From the IMG/VR virus record IMGVR_UViG_3300003891_000003, positions 1 through 35,062 of that record: DNA of 35,062 nucleotides. The stretch is one strand, 5' to 3'. The position numbers were made by a program, and so were the translations under genes. The stretch's first letter is position 1. The number at the start of each line of letters is the position of its first letter. The notes under the pieces were generated by a model. That model was not told where the DNA came from and searched no databases. It was given only the letters and a program-made list of their open reading frames with translations. This stretch comes from a virus. Lineage: Duplodnaviria; Caudoviricetes. Positions 27,007-35,062 of the stretch are shown here, piece after piece.

Positions 27007-28026
27007 ATGGAGTTATACAGTCCTTTGCTGACGACTGCAAAACCATTCGCACGGCATGAGATTGAGAAAATGCCCCCAGAATTAGCGAAAAAGGTTATTC
27101 GCAATGTGCAGGCTTGGGTGACACGGGCAATGGAGCTGCCGGTGAACCTGTGGATGACGGTGACTGCCAAGAACAAAGAGAATACGCTGCTCGACCAGAC
27201 GTTCAAAAGGGCAGTGAACTGGCGGGCTGATATGGCAGGTCTCCGTGAAGAGTGGTATCAGTGGTTCGACCGAATGGAGCACACACCAGTGAATCTCGCT
27301 GTTGATTCCGGTGTATTCGGTATGCTGCTGCGCCAAGACCCGATGCCACTGCTGAAGTCGCTTCGGTGCAGCAACCTAGAGGAGTATTGCGGGTATTACG
27401 CCGAATTCATTCGCAAGTGGAGTGCCCGAAGTCTTAGAAGCTTCTTCTACATTGAGATGGATGTGCTGGCAGTGCGGGGCTATTCCTACGCGCAACAGCT
27501 TGCATTCCGACGACGTTTGCGAGAGGAGACCGGTATCCCGCCAGTCCCAGTATATCAGGCAGTTCTCGCGCCGACGACGGTCTGGGTGGAAATCTTGGAG
27601 AATGAGTCTCCCCGTGTAGCTATCTCTCTATCTGCCTTCCGAATAGGGTATCGGGAGTCTGACCTGCTCCGGCGACCAGAAACCTACGCCTACCTGCGGG
27701 TGTTGTACCGGATGGCACGACAGGCTAATAAACAGGTGCACCTGCTTGGAGTATACCCAAGCCTGAAGAAGATTCAACAGTCGGGACTCGTGTGCGATAG
27801 CTGTGACACAGCGGCTCATTGCTATCATACCCATGCCCGGAGGGTAGCTTACCGGAACTCCGACGGCGGTATAAACATGCCGGACTTCCCGAAGAAGCGG
27901 AACTGCATCAAGCACACATTGTCCGATGTATATATCTCAGCACTTGCCGAGCTAATCCGAGAAACGAGAGCTTGTCGGGCACTCGTGGAACCAGAAATTA
28001 TAGCGGAGGGTCACGGAAATGGATAG
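27007..28026 (+). CDS. dpdA: DpdA-like DNA 7-deazaguanine transglycosylase (TGT fold), divergent
   Basis: Ordered TGT/DpdA-type motifs VDSGVF, EMDV, PVYQ, VHLLG, DSCD; located within the que cluster. Confidence 0.75.
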   Translation: MELYSPLLTTAKPFARHEIEKMPPELAKKVIRNVQAWVTRAMELPVNLWMTVTAKNKENTLLDQTFKRAVNWRADMAGLREEWYQWFDRMEHTPVNLAVDSGVFGMLLRQDPMPLLKSLRCSNLEEYCGYYAEFIRKWSARSLRSFFYIEMDVLAVRGYSYAQQLAFRRRLREETGIPPVPVYQAVLAPTTVWVEILENESPRVAISLSAFRIGYRESDLLRRPETYAYLRVLYRMARQANKQVHLLGVYPSLKKIQQSGLVCDSCDTAAHCYHTHARRVAYRNSDGGINMPDFPKKRNCIKHTLSDVYISALAELIRETRACRALVEPEIIAEGHGNG

Positions 28027-28816
28027 AACTATTCCTGTGCGGTGCAAGTATTCAGAGTTGCTCAGCATCGATGAGCTGTCGGACTTCCAGAGAGCGTCAA
28101 AAGCCCGCACTGAGCAGATGCTCAAACGGCTCCGAGAGAGCATCATCCGGCTAGGGTTTGCCTTCCCGGTATTCTTCTGGCGCAGTAGTGCGGGTCGCTG
28201 CTGGACACTGGACGGACACGGTAGGTTGAAAGTGGTAGCCGAGCTGCTGGCTGAGGGGTACCGGTTTCTGCTCCCTGATGGGAGCACCACTGAGAAACTG
28301 CCCTGCTTAGAGGTAAGAGCGGATAACCGCAAGCAGGCTTACGAAATGCTCTTAGCACTGAATTCGCGCTACGGGGTGTTCAGCGAGAACGGACTCATCG
28401 CTCTTGCCCGGAATGACATGGAGTTTGTGCAGGCTCTTCAGGACGCTTCGCAGATATATGCTGAGCTACCAGATGTCGATACTGATGTGCTGCTCGCCGT
28501 GCTGCGGGAGAGTGAGCAGACGGTCGCTGAAGCATTCCGACGCCGTATGTTTGAATCGGCGGGCGTCGCGGTTGATGAAGAAGAGAGCGGTGAGCTGAAA
28601 AACGAAGCAGGTGATGGGGAGACCCTGTCGGGGATGAGGCTTCCAGTCGTGAATACGGGAGAACGTGTTGACAATCACCCGCAGTGCCCGGTGTGCGGAG
28701 CGAAGCTGATGACTGTATTCGATAATGGGCGATGGGTGCTGGTGGCAATCGCGAGTTCATCACAGGACGATTCTCAGGAGGCAACCGATGTTAATCACGG
28801 TGACGAAGCGCTTTGA
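28019..28816 (+). CDS. ParB/Srx-like N-terminal domain protein with C-terminal CxxC
   Basis: LRESIIRLGFAFP, LDGHGRL, ALNSRYG, CPVCG. Confidence 0.8.
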   Translation: MDRTIPVRCKYSELLSIDELSDFQRASKARTEQMLKRLRESIIRLGFAFPVFFWRSSAGRCWTLDGHGRLKVVAELLAEGYRFLLPDGSTTEKLPCLEVRADNRKQAYEMLLALNSRYGVFSENGLIALARNDMEFVQALQDASQIYAELPDVDTDVLLAVLRESEQTVAEAFRRRMFESAGVAVDEEESGELKNEAGDGETLSGMRLPVVNTGERVDNHPQCPVCGAKLMTVFDNGRWVLVAIASSSQDDSQEATDVNHGDEAL

Positions 28817-29273
28817 CTTTGCAGCGTCGCATCAATTGCCGTACCATCAGGGGCAGTGTCGTTTTCTCCACGGGCATAACTATGAAGTGGTGGTCGGGGT
28901 GCGTTCTCACTGTTTGCAGACGGAAGGCCCGTCAGCGGGGATGGTGGTGGATTTCGGCGACTTGAAGGCTCTGGTGAAACCGCTGATTGCTAAGCTAGAC
29001 CACACGCATCTCAACGACTGGCTACCGAATCCGACTGCCGAGAATATTGCGGGGGCGATTCTGTGCTATGTAGCTGCTAATTTCCCGTATCAGTGGGTGT
29101 TTCTGTTCGTGGCTGTAGCAGAAACTCCTGGTGTTTCGGCATACGTGGAAATCTCCTATGACGAATGGGAGCAGTTTCGGCAGCAGATTCCAGTGGAGTG
29201 GCAATTCGTTGGGATGGCGACCGAAAATAGCGACCGGGAAAGCAAAAACCAGCAAGAGGTGGTACCGAAGTGA
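28788..29273 (+). CDS. queD: 6-carboxytetrahydropterin synthase QueD
   Basis: AGGAGG RBS; FAASH, CRFLHGHNY, GMVVDFGDLK, LDH, PTAENIA, ETP. Confidence 0.95.
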   Translation: MLITVTKRFDFAASHQLPYHQGQCRFLHGHNYEVVVGVRSHCLQTEGPSAGMVVDFGDLKALVKPLIAKLDHTHLNDWLPNPTAENIAGAILCYVAANFPYQWVFLFVAVAETPGVSAYVEISYDEWEQFRQQIPVEWQFVGMATENSDRESKNQQEVVPK

Positions 29274-29917
29274 AGCCGATTCCTGAAGAGAAGCTGAGCT
29301 TGCCGAATTCAGGCTCATACTTAGTGAAGGAAATCTTCTACAGCGTGCAGGGTGAAGGGGTACTTGCCGGAATACCGATGGTGTTCCTGCGTTTCTCCCT
29401 GTGCAACCTGCGGTGCACGGTTGCCACCACCGGGTTTGACTGTGATACTGACTTTGAGGGCGGGCGGGAGATGACTATCAAGGAGATTCTCCAAGAGCTT
29501 GCACCATATCCGTCGCGGTACTTGCTGATTACAGGGGGAGAGCCGACCTTGCAGCTGGACGAAGAACTGGTCGCTGAACTGCTGAAGCACGGGTATCGGC
29601 TGTGCCTTGAGACCAATGGGACGAAGCCGGTGCCGCTCCGCGACCAGTGGCATTGGATAACGGTCTCACCGAAATCAGCGTGGCATACCATCCGTCTCCG
29701 AGACCCCGATGAATTGCGTGTAGTGGTGGCAAAGGGAATGGGATTGCCGGACACGCATAGCATTCCGGTGCAAGCGAAGCACTATGTGGTCAGTGTACGA
29801 TTCCAGCCCGATGGCGGAATCAGCCCAGAAGACCTGCTGTGGGCGATTGAGCAAGTCAAACAACATCCAGAATGGAGGCTCAGTTTGCAGTGGCACAAGC
29901 TGGTGAAAATCCGGTGA
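29270..29917 (+). CDS. queE: 7-carboxy-7-deazaguanine synthase QueE (radical SAM)
   Basis: EIFYSVQGEG, VFLRFSLCNLRC..CDT, ITGGEP, LETNGT, VSPK, WRLSLQWHK. Confidence 0.95.
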   Translation: MKPIPEEKLSLPNSGSYLVKEIFYSVQGEGVLAGIPMVFLRFSLCNLRCTVATTGFDCDTDFEGGREMTIKEILQELAPYPSRYLLITGGEPTLQLDEELVAELLKHGYRLCLETNGTKPVPLRDQWHWITVSPKSAWHTIRLRDPDELRVVVAKGMGLPDTHSIPVQAKHYVVSVRFQPDGGISPEDLLWAIEQVKQHPEWRLSLQWHKLVKIR

Positions 29918-30483
29918 CTGTGAATCTGCACGGTGCAGCGCAGGACTTTAGAAACGCCTTCTATTGTCTCGGCATCCGGCTTCCAGAAGAAACTCCCTAT
30001 CGGATAGCCAAAGCTTGGGCGGAAATGCTTGCAGGATACCGTGAGGACTGGCGACAATACTGCAAGACATTTAAGCTGGATGACATAGACCAGTTTGACG
30101 GCGACGAGCCTTTTTTCATCCCGCTGGATTTTAGCCAGACCAACCACCAGGTGGAAATAAGGTGCAGCTTCGTGTCTATCTGTGAGCATCACGTTCTACC
30201 TTTTGAAGGTGAAGCGGTCGTGCGCTATGGTATCAGTGACGGGCACGTGTTGGGAGCCAGTAAGGTGGTGCGTATTGTCCAATCGCTAGCACGCCGCTTG
30301 CAGCTACAGGAGCGGTTGACAGCGGAGATTGCCCAAGCTATTGCAGAAGCAGTCAATCCCATGTGGGTGGAGGTGGAAACGGTCGCCACACATGCCTGTA
30401 TCCGCTGCCGTGGTGTACGGGATTCGTCTGCCGAAATGCGGTGTGTGGCTACTTGGCAGCGACACCAAGAAGATACACTATGA
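29914..30483 (+). CDS. folE: GTP cyclohydrolase I FolE
   Basis: GTGA overlap start; ETPYR, SICEHHVLPF, GASK, RRLQLQERLT, HAC...RG. Confidence 0.95.
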   Translation: MTVNLHGAAQDFRNAFYCLGIRLPEETPYRIAKAWAEMLAGYREDWRQYCKTFKLDDIDQFDGDEPFFIPLDFSQTNHQVEIRCSFVSICEHHVLPFEGEAVVRYGISDGHVLGASKVVRIVQSLARRLQLQERLTAEIAQAIAEAVNPMWVEVETVATHACIRCRGVRDSSAEMRCVATWQRHQEDTL

Positions 30484-30505
30484 GACAGCAGCATGGGTGA
30501 TGTTT

Positions 30506-30916
30506 ATGCCGTATAAGCGGATTCCACCGGGGGCTCGGCGCAAAGTGTTGGAAGCACTGGCTCAGGGTGCGAGTATATCCGGGGCTGCTCGTATCGCCGG
30601 TGTTGCCCGTGCGACCATCTACCGCTGGATGGAGAAAAGTGCCCGGTTTGCTCAACAGGTGGCAGATGCATATGAGGAAGGAACAGACCACCTTGAGGAT
30701 GTTGTGCTGCGGATGGCATTAGAGGGCAATACTCAAGCAGCCATCTTTCTCCTCAAAGGTCGCCGACCCCAGAAATGGAGGGAGCGTGTGCAGGTAGAGC
30801 ATACAGCAGCGGAGGACTTCCTACGTGACTTCGGCAATATTATCCAAGAGCTCGAGCGAGCTGCGGCGTGCCCTCCAGAAACTAATGCAAACGAAAGGGC
30901 AGGAGGCACGCAGTGA
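30506..30916 (+). CDS. terS: Terminase small subunit (HTH); start uncertain (30500 or 30506)
   Basis: HTH ISGAARIAGVARATIYRW; AAIFLLKGRRPQKWRE; precedes the large subunit. Confidence 0.8.
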   Translation: MPYKRIPPGARRKVLEALAQGASISGAARIAGVARATIYRWMEKSARFAQQVADAYEEGTDHLEDVVLRMALEGNTQAAIFLLKGRRPQKWRERVQVEHTAAEDFLRDFGNIIQELERAAACPPETNANERAGGTQ

Positions 30917-32159
30917 ACTGGCAAGCAGTCTATTTCGAATGCGGTTTCATGGTGGACAGCGAAACATGCTGAACAGACTGTCTCCGGCAGGGAACCGCAG
31001 CCATGACACCACTATTTTAGCAACTGGGAGACGCTGGGGTAAGACACTGGTTTCGGCTATAGACCTGCTGCTATACGCTCTGTGTGTGCCTAACAGTAGC
31101 CAGTGTGTCACCTCCATCTCGCTAGACCAGGCATCTATCAGCTTCTCCTACATTCTTAGTGTGCTCGAGAAGATACCGTTTCTGCAGGCTTGTGCCTTAC
31201 CGCCACGCTTTTCTCCCTTCCCGACGTTGCAGTTCCGGAATGGCAGTACCATTACCATCCGGAGTTCATCGGGTAGGGGCAAGTTCCTGCGAGGGCATTC
31301 TTTTCACAGAGTGCTGGTGGACGAAGCGGAGTACGTAGACCCTGCTGTGATTCAGGAGGTGGTCTACATGTCCCTCGCAGACTATGCTGGTGAATTGATT
31401 CTTGTGTCTACCCCCAAGCATTTCGGCTCTTACGTTCACCGACTGTTTCAGAGTGCTGATGCTAGAATCTACCGGCAGACAGGCAGCACGCTGGACAACC
31501 CCTTCATCGCTAGAGATTACATCCAGCAATTGCGTGAGAGAATGACAGACGAGGTGTGGCGACGTGAAGTGCTCGGTGAGTGGGTAGCAAGCTCGACGGC
31601 ATTCTTCGGCTTTCACCATATTCAGCAGGCGTACCTGGAGGCGGATTGGACTATCCCTGAGGAGCCCATGCGGGACAGACGGTATGTCGCGGGGTGGGAC
31701 TTAGCCCGAAAGCAGGACTGGACTGTTGGAATTGTCCTAGATGTTACGGAGCGTCCGCTTCGTGTGGTGGATTTCTACCGTACTCAGCAAACGGATTGGC
31801 AAGAGATAGCCGAACAGATTCGCTATCGCCACCACAAGTACAGGTGCGCTACTACATTGATAGATGCTACCGGGTTAGGCGACGTGGTGTTGGCTATGGT
31901 GTCTGATGTTGCGCGCGGTTTCACGTTCACAGCCGAAACGAAGGCACAACTCCTATACAACTTGCAAGTTTTGCTCCAGCGAGGAGATGTGCGATTTCCT
32001 TTTCAGCGCGACCTTGTGGACGAGCTGGTGAACTATGCCTTGGATGACAAGAACTTGCAGACAGACTGTGTGATGGCATTAGCATTAGCATGTTGGTCAG
32101 GCTATCGAGCAGCAGCACACTTGCTGTCTTCCCAAGATGTTGCAGTCATTCCGCGCTAG
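30825..32159 (+). CDS. terL: Terminase large subunit (start uncertain)
   Basis: GRRWGKT, LRG..VLVDEA, VSTP, GWDLARKQDWT, DCVMALALA. Confidence 0.93.
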   Translation: MTSAILSKSSSELRRALQKLMQTKGQEARSELASSLFRMRFHGGQRNMLNRLSPAGNRSHDTTILATGRRWGKTLVSAIDLLLYALCVPNSSQCVTSISLDQASISFSYILSVLEKIPFLQACALPPRFSPFPTLQFRNGSTITIRSSSGRGKFLRGHSFHRVLVDEAEYVDPAVIQEVVYMSLADYAGELILVSTPKHFGSYVHRLFQSADARIYRQTGSTLDNPFIARDYIQQLRERMTDEVWRREVLGEWVASSTAFFGFHHIQQAYLEADWTIPEEPMRDRRYVAGWDLARKQDWTVGIVLDVTERPLRVVDFYRTQQTDWQEIAEQIRYRHHKYRCATTLIDATGLGDVVLAMVSDVARGFTFTAETKAQLLYNLQVLLQRGDVRFPFQRDLVDELVNYALDDKNLQTDCVMALALACWSGYRAAAHLLSSQDVAVIPR

Positions 32160-32168
32160 CGGTATAAT
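32140..32168 (+). promoter_or_regulatory. Sigma70-type promoter for the lysin/variable-cassette operon
   Basis: TTGCAG-N17-TATAAT overlapping the terL end, followed by GGGAGG RBS. Confidence 0.65.
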
Positions 32169-32187
32169 GCTCATAGGGAGGTGGGTG

Positions 32188-32667
32188 ATGTGGATGCTGG
32201 CACATGCATTACTATGGCTGTTGCGACGTTCGGCGTGGGTTTTGTACTGGGCTTCACTTATGCTGTCTTCGTTGGCGGCAGCGGCTATGCAGAATAGCTC
32301 GCAGCAGGATGTGTCGCTGTCGCTGGCTGTTCAGCCAAGTATTGTGCGCCGGGGGCAGGAAGCTGTGCTGCAACTCCGCTTGCGCAACCCCCGGCAGAAT
32401 GAGATTATTGCGCTACGGGCAACGGCAACATACACCGACGAAGCCGGAGTGCAACGGCAAGTGCAGAGCAACGAGGTGCAGCTGGCTGTGGATGCGAGCC
32501 TGCCTGTGCGCATTGAGATTCCGGCGGACAAGGTGCGGCTGGTGGCGGGCACTGTGCTGTTTGACGGTATGCCGGTGACGGCGACGAGCAACAGCGCGAT
32601 TGCTGTAGATGTGGTAGTGCCCGGCGATGGGCGCGACCACGTGCTGGAGCTGAGGGTGATTCGATGA
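32188..32667 (+). CDS. Membrane-anchored or secreted beta-rich protein
   Basis: GGGAGGT RBS; hydrophobic N-terminus ending AAAA; beta-strand-rich remainder. Confidence 0.65.
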   Translation: MWMLAHALLWLLRRSAWVLYWASLMLSSLAAAAMQNSSQQDVSLSLAVQPSIVRRGQEAVLQLRLRNPRQNEIIALRATATYTDEAGVQRQVQSNEVQLAVDASLPVRIEIPADKVRLVAGTVLFDGMPVTATSNSAIAVDVVVPGDGRDHVLELRVIR

Positions 32668-33140
32668 CGGCTACGAAGCAGTGGACAGTCACAGCGCGCG
32701 ATTACCTGCTGGATGACCCGCGGGTCAACCCAACCGCACGGCGCAAGTTCAAGGCGGTGCTGGCGGATGTGCGTGGGCACGGCTTGCCGTTGCTGGTCTG
32801 GGAAGTGGTTCGCACGCGCGAGCAACAGCGTGCGCTGTACGCGCAAGGACGTACAGACGCAGAGCTGCGTAAGGTCGGCTTCACCGAAGACGAGATAATC
32901 CAGTACCGCAAGCATGGCTATTTGAGCACAAAACCTATCGTTACCAAATTGCTGAATCCCAAGTACCACGGCACTGGCAGGGCGATGGACTGCTGCTGGC
33001 TCGTTGATGGGACGCCAACGTGGAACGCGCCCGATGAATGGTGGGAGACGTATGGGCGTGCTGCGGAAGCGCACGGGTTAGTTTGGGGTGGCCGGTGGAG
33101 AATGCGGGATTTGCCACACGTGCAGTATGAAGGAGAGTGA
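32664..33140 (+). CDS. Endolysin, M15 family (L-Ala-D-Glu peptidase-like)
   Basis: RTREQQRALYAQGRT, YHGTGRAMD, WGGRW, DLPHVQ. Confidence 0.9.
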   Translation: MTATKQWTVTARDYLLDDPRVNPTARRKFKAVLADVRGHGLPLLVWEVVRTREQQRALYAQGRTDAELRKVGFTEDEIIQYRKHGYLSTKPIVTKLLNPKYHGTGRAMDCCWLVDGTPTWNAPDEWWETYGRAAEAHGLVWGGRWRMRDLPHVQYEGE

Positions 33141-33142
33141 GG

Positions 33143-34249
33143 ATGGCCCGCAACTGGTTGCACATAGTTGGCTTCGGGAACCGGACCATTGACACACAGC
33201 TGTACAACTCACCCGGCGCAGGGCAATATAAATACGGCTGGTGGGGTACGTTACCCGTCGTCTCCGGCACGCTACGGTCAGTCCGAGTGTACATTACCAA
33301 CCCGTCCGGTAGCCCAACACTGGAATGGGCTATCTATCCGTCCGTGCCGGCCAACGGAGTGCCCAGTGGCACGCCGGCGGCGTCTGGGACTATAACCGGT
33401 ATTACGGCCGCGGGCTGGTACGTCCTGACTACCGACGCGAACATGTCCGTCACCCGTGGCCAGCCGTTTATGATTAGGTTCGGTTGTACCGGTGGAACGT
33501 CGTTCGCAATCAAGGGCGCACCAAGTGAGTCCATATTCGGACTTACCCCTGCCGGCACCTGGTGGTTGTCCGCAGACGGGAGCTCGTGGTCCGCTGGACC
33601 GTCAAGCACGTACTACGTCAATCCGCAGCTCGAATTCAGTGTAGATACCGGTAGCACCACCGAGTGGTTCGGAGCGCCGCTGACCAGTACGCCTACCACA
33701 AGTTCAGGTTTGAACTCTTCCGGCATGATTCTCGGGCAATCATATCAGCTGCCTGCTCCTATCCGCATTGAAGGCGTGGGGTTCAACGTTTACCCGTCCG
33801 GTCCCCCATTGGGATTGCTGCGGTGCGAGTTACGCTCCATTGACACGTCGACTTGGCAACCGGACATGAGCGCAGGCGGATTAATCGACTATCATGAGCA
33901 AGAGTTCTCATGGCAGACATACGGCGGGATCGACAACTCCAAACTGGTTGCATTGTTCCCTGAACCGAGACAAGTCCAAAACTTCGCCGTGCTGCTGCGG
34001 TGGTCGCGATACGACTCGGGCTCAATCCAGCTTCGGATTTCGAACCCGTTTGACTCCGCAGCGTTAAGCCGGTACGGTGTTACCTCCGTAATGCGCAGTG
34101 TTCAATCCACCGACGGTGGAACCACTTGGACAGTATATACCGACCGCGTAGCCGTGATCCGGTTCTTCGGAGACCCATATCAGGTTGGCGGCGGTAGTGG
34201 CGGGCAATCGGTTATACCGCCGATGCCGTTAGTGCAAACATTCATGTAG
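33143..34249 (+). CDS. Variable beta-rich virion/receptor-binding-like protein, allele B
   Basis: Same slot as 128-1186; Asp-box-like STDGGTTW; C-terminal GSGGQSVIPPMPLVQTFM. Confidence 0.7.
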   Translation: MARNWLHIVGFGNRTIDTQLYNSPGAGQYKYGWWGTLPVVSGTLRSVRVYITNPSGSPTLEWAIYPSVPANGVPSGTPAASGTITGITAAGWYVLTTDANMSVTRGQPFMIRFGCTGGTSFAIKGAPSESIFGLTPAGTWWLSADGSSWSAGPSSTYYVNPQLEFSVDTGSTTEWFGAPLTSTPTTSSGLNSSGMILGQSYQLPAPIRIEGVGFNVYPSGPPLGLLRCELRSIDTSTWQPDMSAGGLIDYHEQEFSWQTYGGIDNSKLVALFPEPRQVQNFAVLLRWSRYDSGSIQLRISNPFDSAALSRYGVTSVMRSVQSTDGGTTWTVYTDRVAVIRFFGDPYQVGGGSGGQSVIPPMPLVQTFM

Positions 34250-34261
34250 GAGGGATAAGCA

Positions 34262-34642
34262 ATGGCATTGCCGATGAGCAACTCGGAGCTTGACATCGCG
34301 CTACGCGAGCGATGGGAGCTGGTCTACCAGAATCTGCACGAGCTGGTGATGTTGTACAACGCCTATCTGCCCATCAGCGCAACAGAGATGTTTCTCGGCG
34401 AGTACACGCTTCCCGAAGGCTACACCATCAGCGCAGATGGGACGCAGGTGTTGGATGCCGGCGGGCAGCCGGATGATGCGCTTACGGCAGCACTGTACCG
34501 GTGCAACCTGCGCAAGAGCGCACTCGCCGCAGCACGCGCACTGCAAGCGATGCTGACCAATGATAATCTGCTAGGGCTGGGGGCTGACCACAACTTCTTC
34601 ATCAAACAGTTCATGCGCTGGCGATACCGTTTCTTCGGTTAG
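34262..34642 (+). CDS. Conserved hypothetical protein (copy B)
   Basis: Near-identical to 1200-1580. Confidence 0.8.
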   Translation: MALPMSNSELDIALRERWELVYQNLHELVMLYNAYLPISATEMFLGEYTLPEGYTISADGTQVLDAGGQPDDALTAALYRCNLRKSALAAARALQAMLTNDNLLGLGADHNFFIKQFMRWRYRFFG

Positions 34643-34654
34643 GGGTGATGCATC

Positions 34655-35062
34655 ATGGCAGTGCTGCGTGGGATACCATACGAGGCCAGCTTCTGGTTGC
34701 TGGATAGCAATGGCAACCCGGTGACCGGGCAGGCGAGCAATCTAACGGCGTACGTGCGCCAGTACGGCAGCAATGCGTACAGCAGTGGAGCCGGCTCCAT
34801 CTACGAGGTGTCCATCGGGGGCAGCGGCACGGGCGAATACCTGTATGTGCCCAGCGCAGCGGAGATGAACACGCGCGTGCTTACCGTGCGTTTGGTACAC
34901 CCCACATACAAGGTGTATCCGTTCTGCACGCAGATTTGGACGGAGGACGGCTACGTCTCCAACATCAAAGCCAAAACGGACAAACTAACGTTTGACGACC
35001 TGAACAATGTTTACGCGTATACGACAGTGTTAGACAGCAATGCGGCTGTGACTATTTGGACG
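34655..35062 (+). CDS. 5' part of the putative fibre/structural protein (copy B, truncated by the window edge)
   Basis: MAVLRGIPYEASFWLLDSNGNPVTGQ..., homologous to 1593-2000. Confidence 0.85.
   Translation, partial: MAVLRGIPYEASFWLLDSNGNPVTGQASNLTAYVRQYGSNAYSSGAGSIYEVSIGGSGTGEYLYVPSAAEMNTRVLTVRLVHPTYKVYPFCTQIWTEDGYVSNIKAKTDKLTFDDLNNVYAYTTVLDSNAAVTIWT

Larger units (their letters stand above)
1..35062. mobile_element. Tailed bacteriophage genome (Mu-like head, siphovirus-type tail), probably complete and circularly permuted; unit length about 33.0 kb
   Basis: Terminase, portal, protease, capsid, tail, tape measure, lysin and replication genes are all present. The ends repeat (1-2000 ~ 33016-35062). 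No host genes seen. Confidence 0.93.
33016..35062 (+). repeat. Right copy (allele B) of the diverged ~2 kb direct repeat
   Basis: Same gene order as 1-2000 with 62-bp identical boundaries. Confidence 0.95.

Noticed and set aside
28019-28816. Plasmid partition system
   Set aside because: No ParA, no parS-like repeats and no HTH; the context is DNA modification.
26268-30483. Host queuosine tRNA-modification operon
   Set aside because: Embedded among phage genes, no queA/queG/queH, and the transglycosylase is DpdA-like rather than a canonical Tgt.

Overview
This window looks like a complete ~33 kb tailed-phage genome, probably circular and read once around, plus a second diverged copy of a ~2 kb block (1-2000 is homologous to 33016-35062). 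It has a Mu-like head module and a non-contractile tail module with a -1 frameshifted chaperone and tape measure protein. A leftward early region carries a RavA/MoxR AAA+ ATPase, a vWA protein, a GNAT, a VRR-NUC nuclease, an iteron-containing replication initiator and a putative annealase. The rightward region has terminase and an M15 endolysin. I see no integrase, transposase or DNA polymerase. Main observations: (1) a complete 7-deazaguanine DNA-modification pathway (queC, divergent dpdA-like transglycosylase, ParB-like gene, queD, queE, folE) directly upstream of terminase, plus an orphan inverted queF ~21 kb away in window coordinates (~12 kb round the circle), which predicts dPreQ1 or a derivative. 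(2) Two alternative alleles of a beta-rich, receptor-binding-like gene that keep a conserved C-terminal peptide and sit between conserved flanks. (3) By manual scan, no GATC in the ~32 kb core; all four sites lie in the two variable blocks. Product calls come from motif recognition by eye, not database searches.
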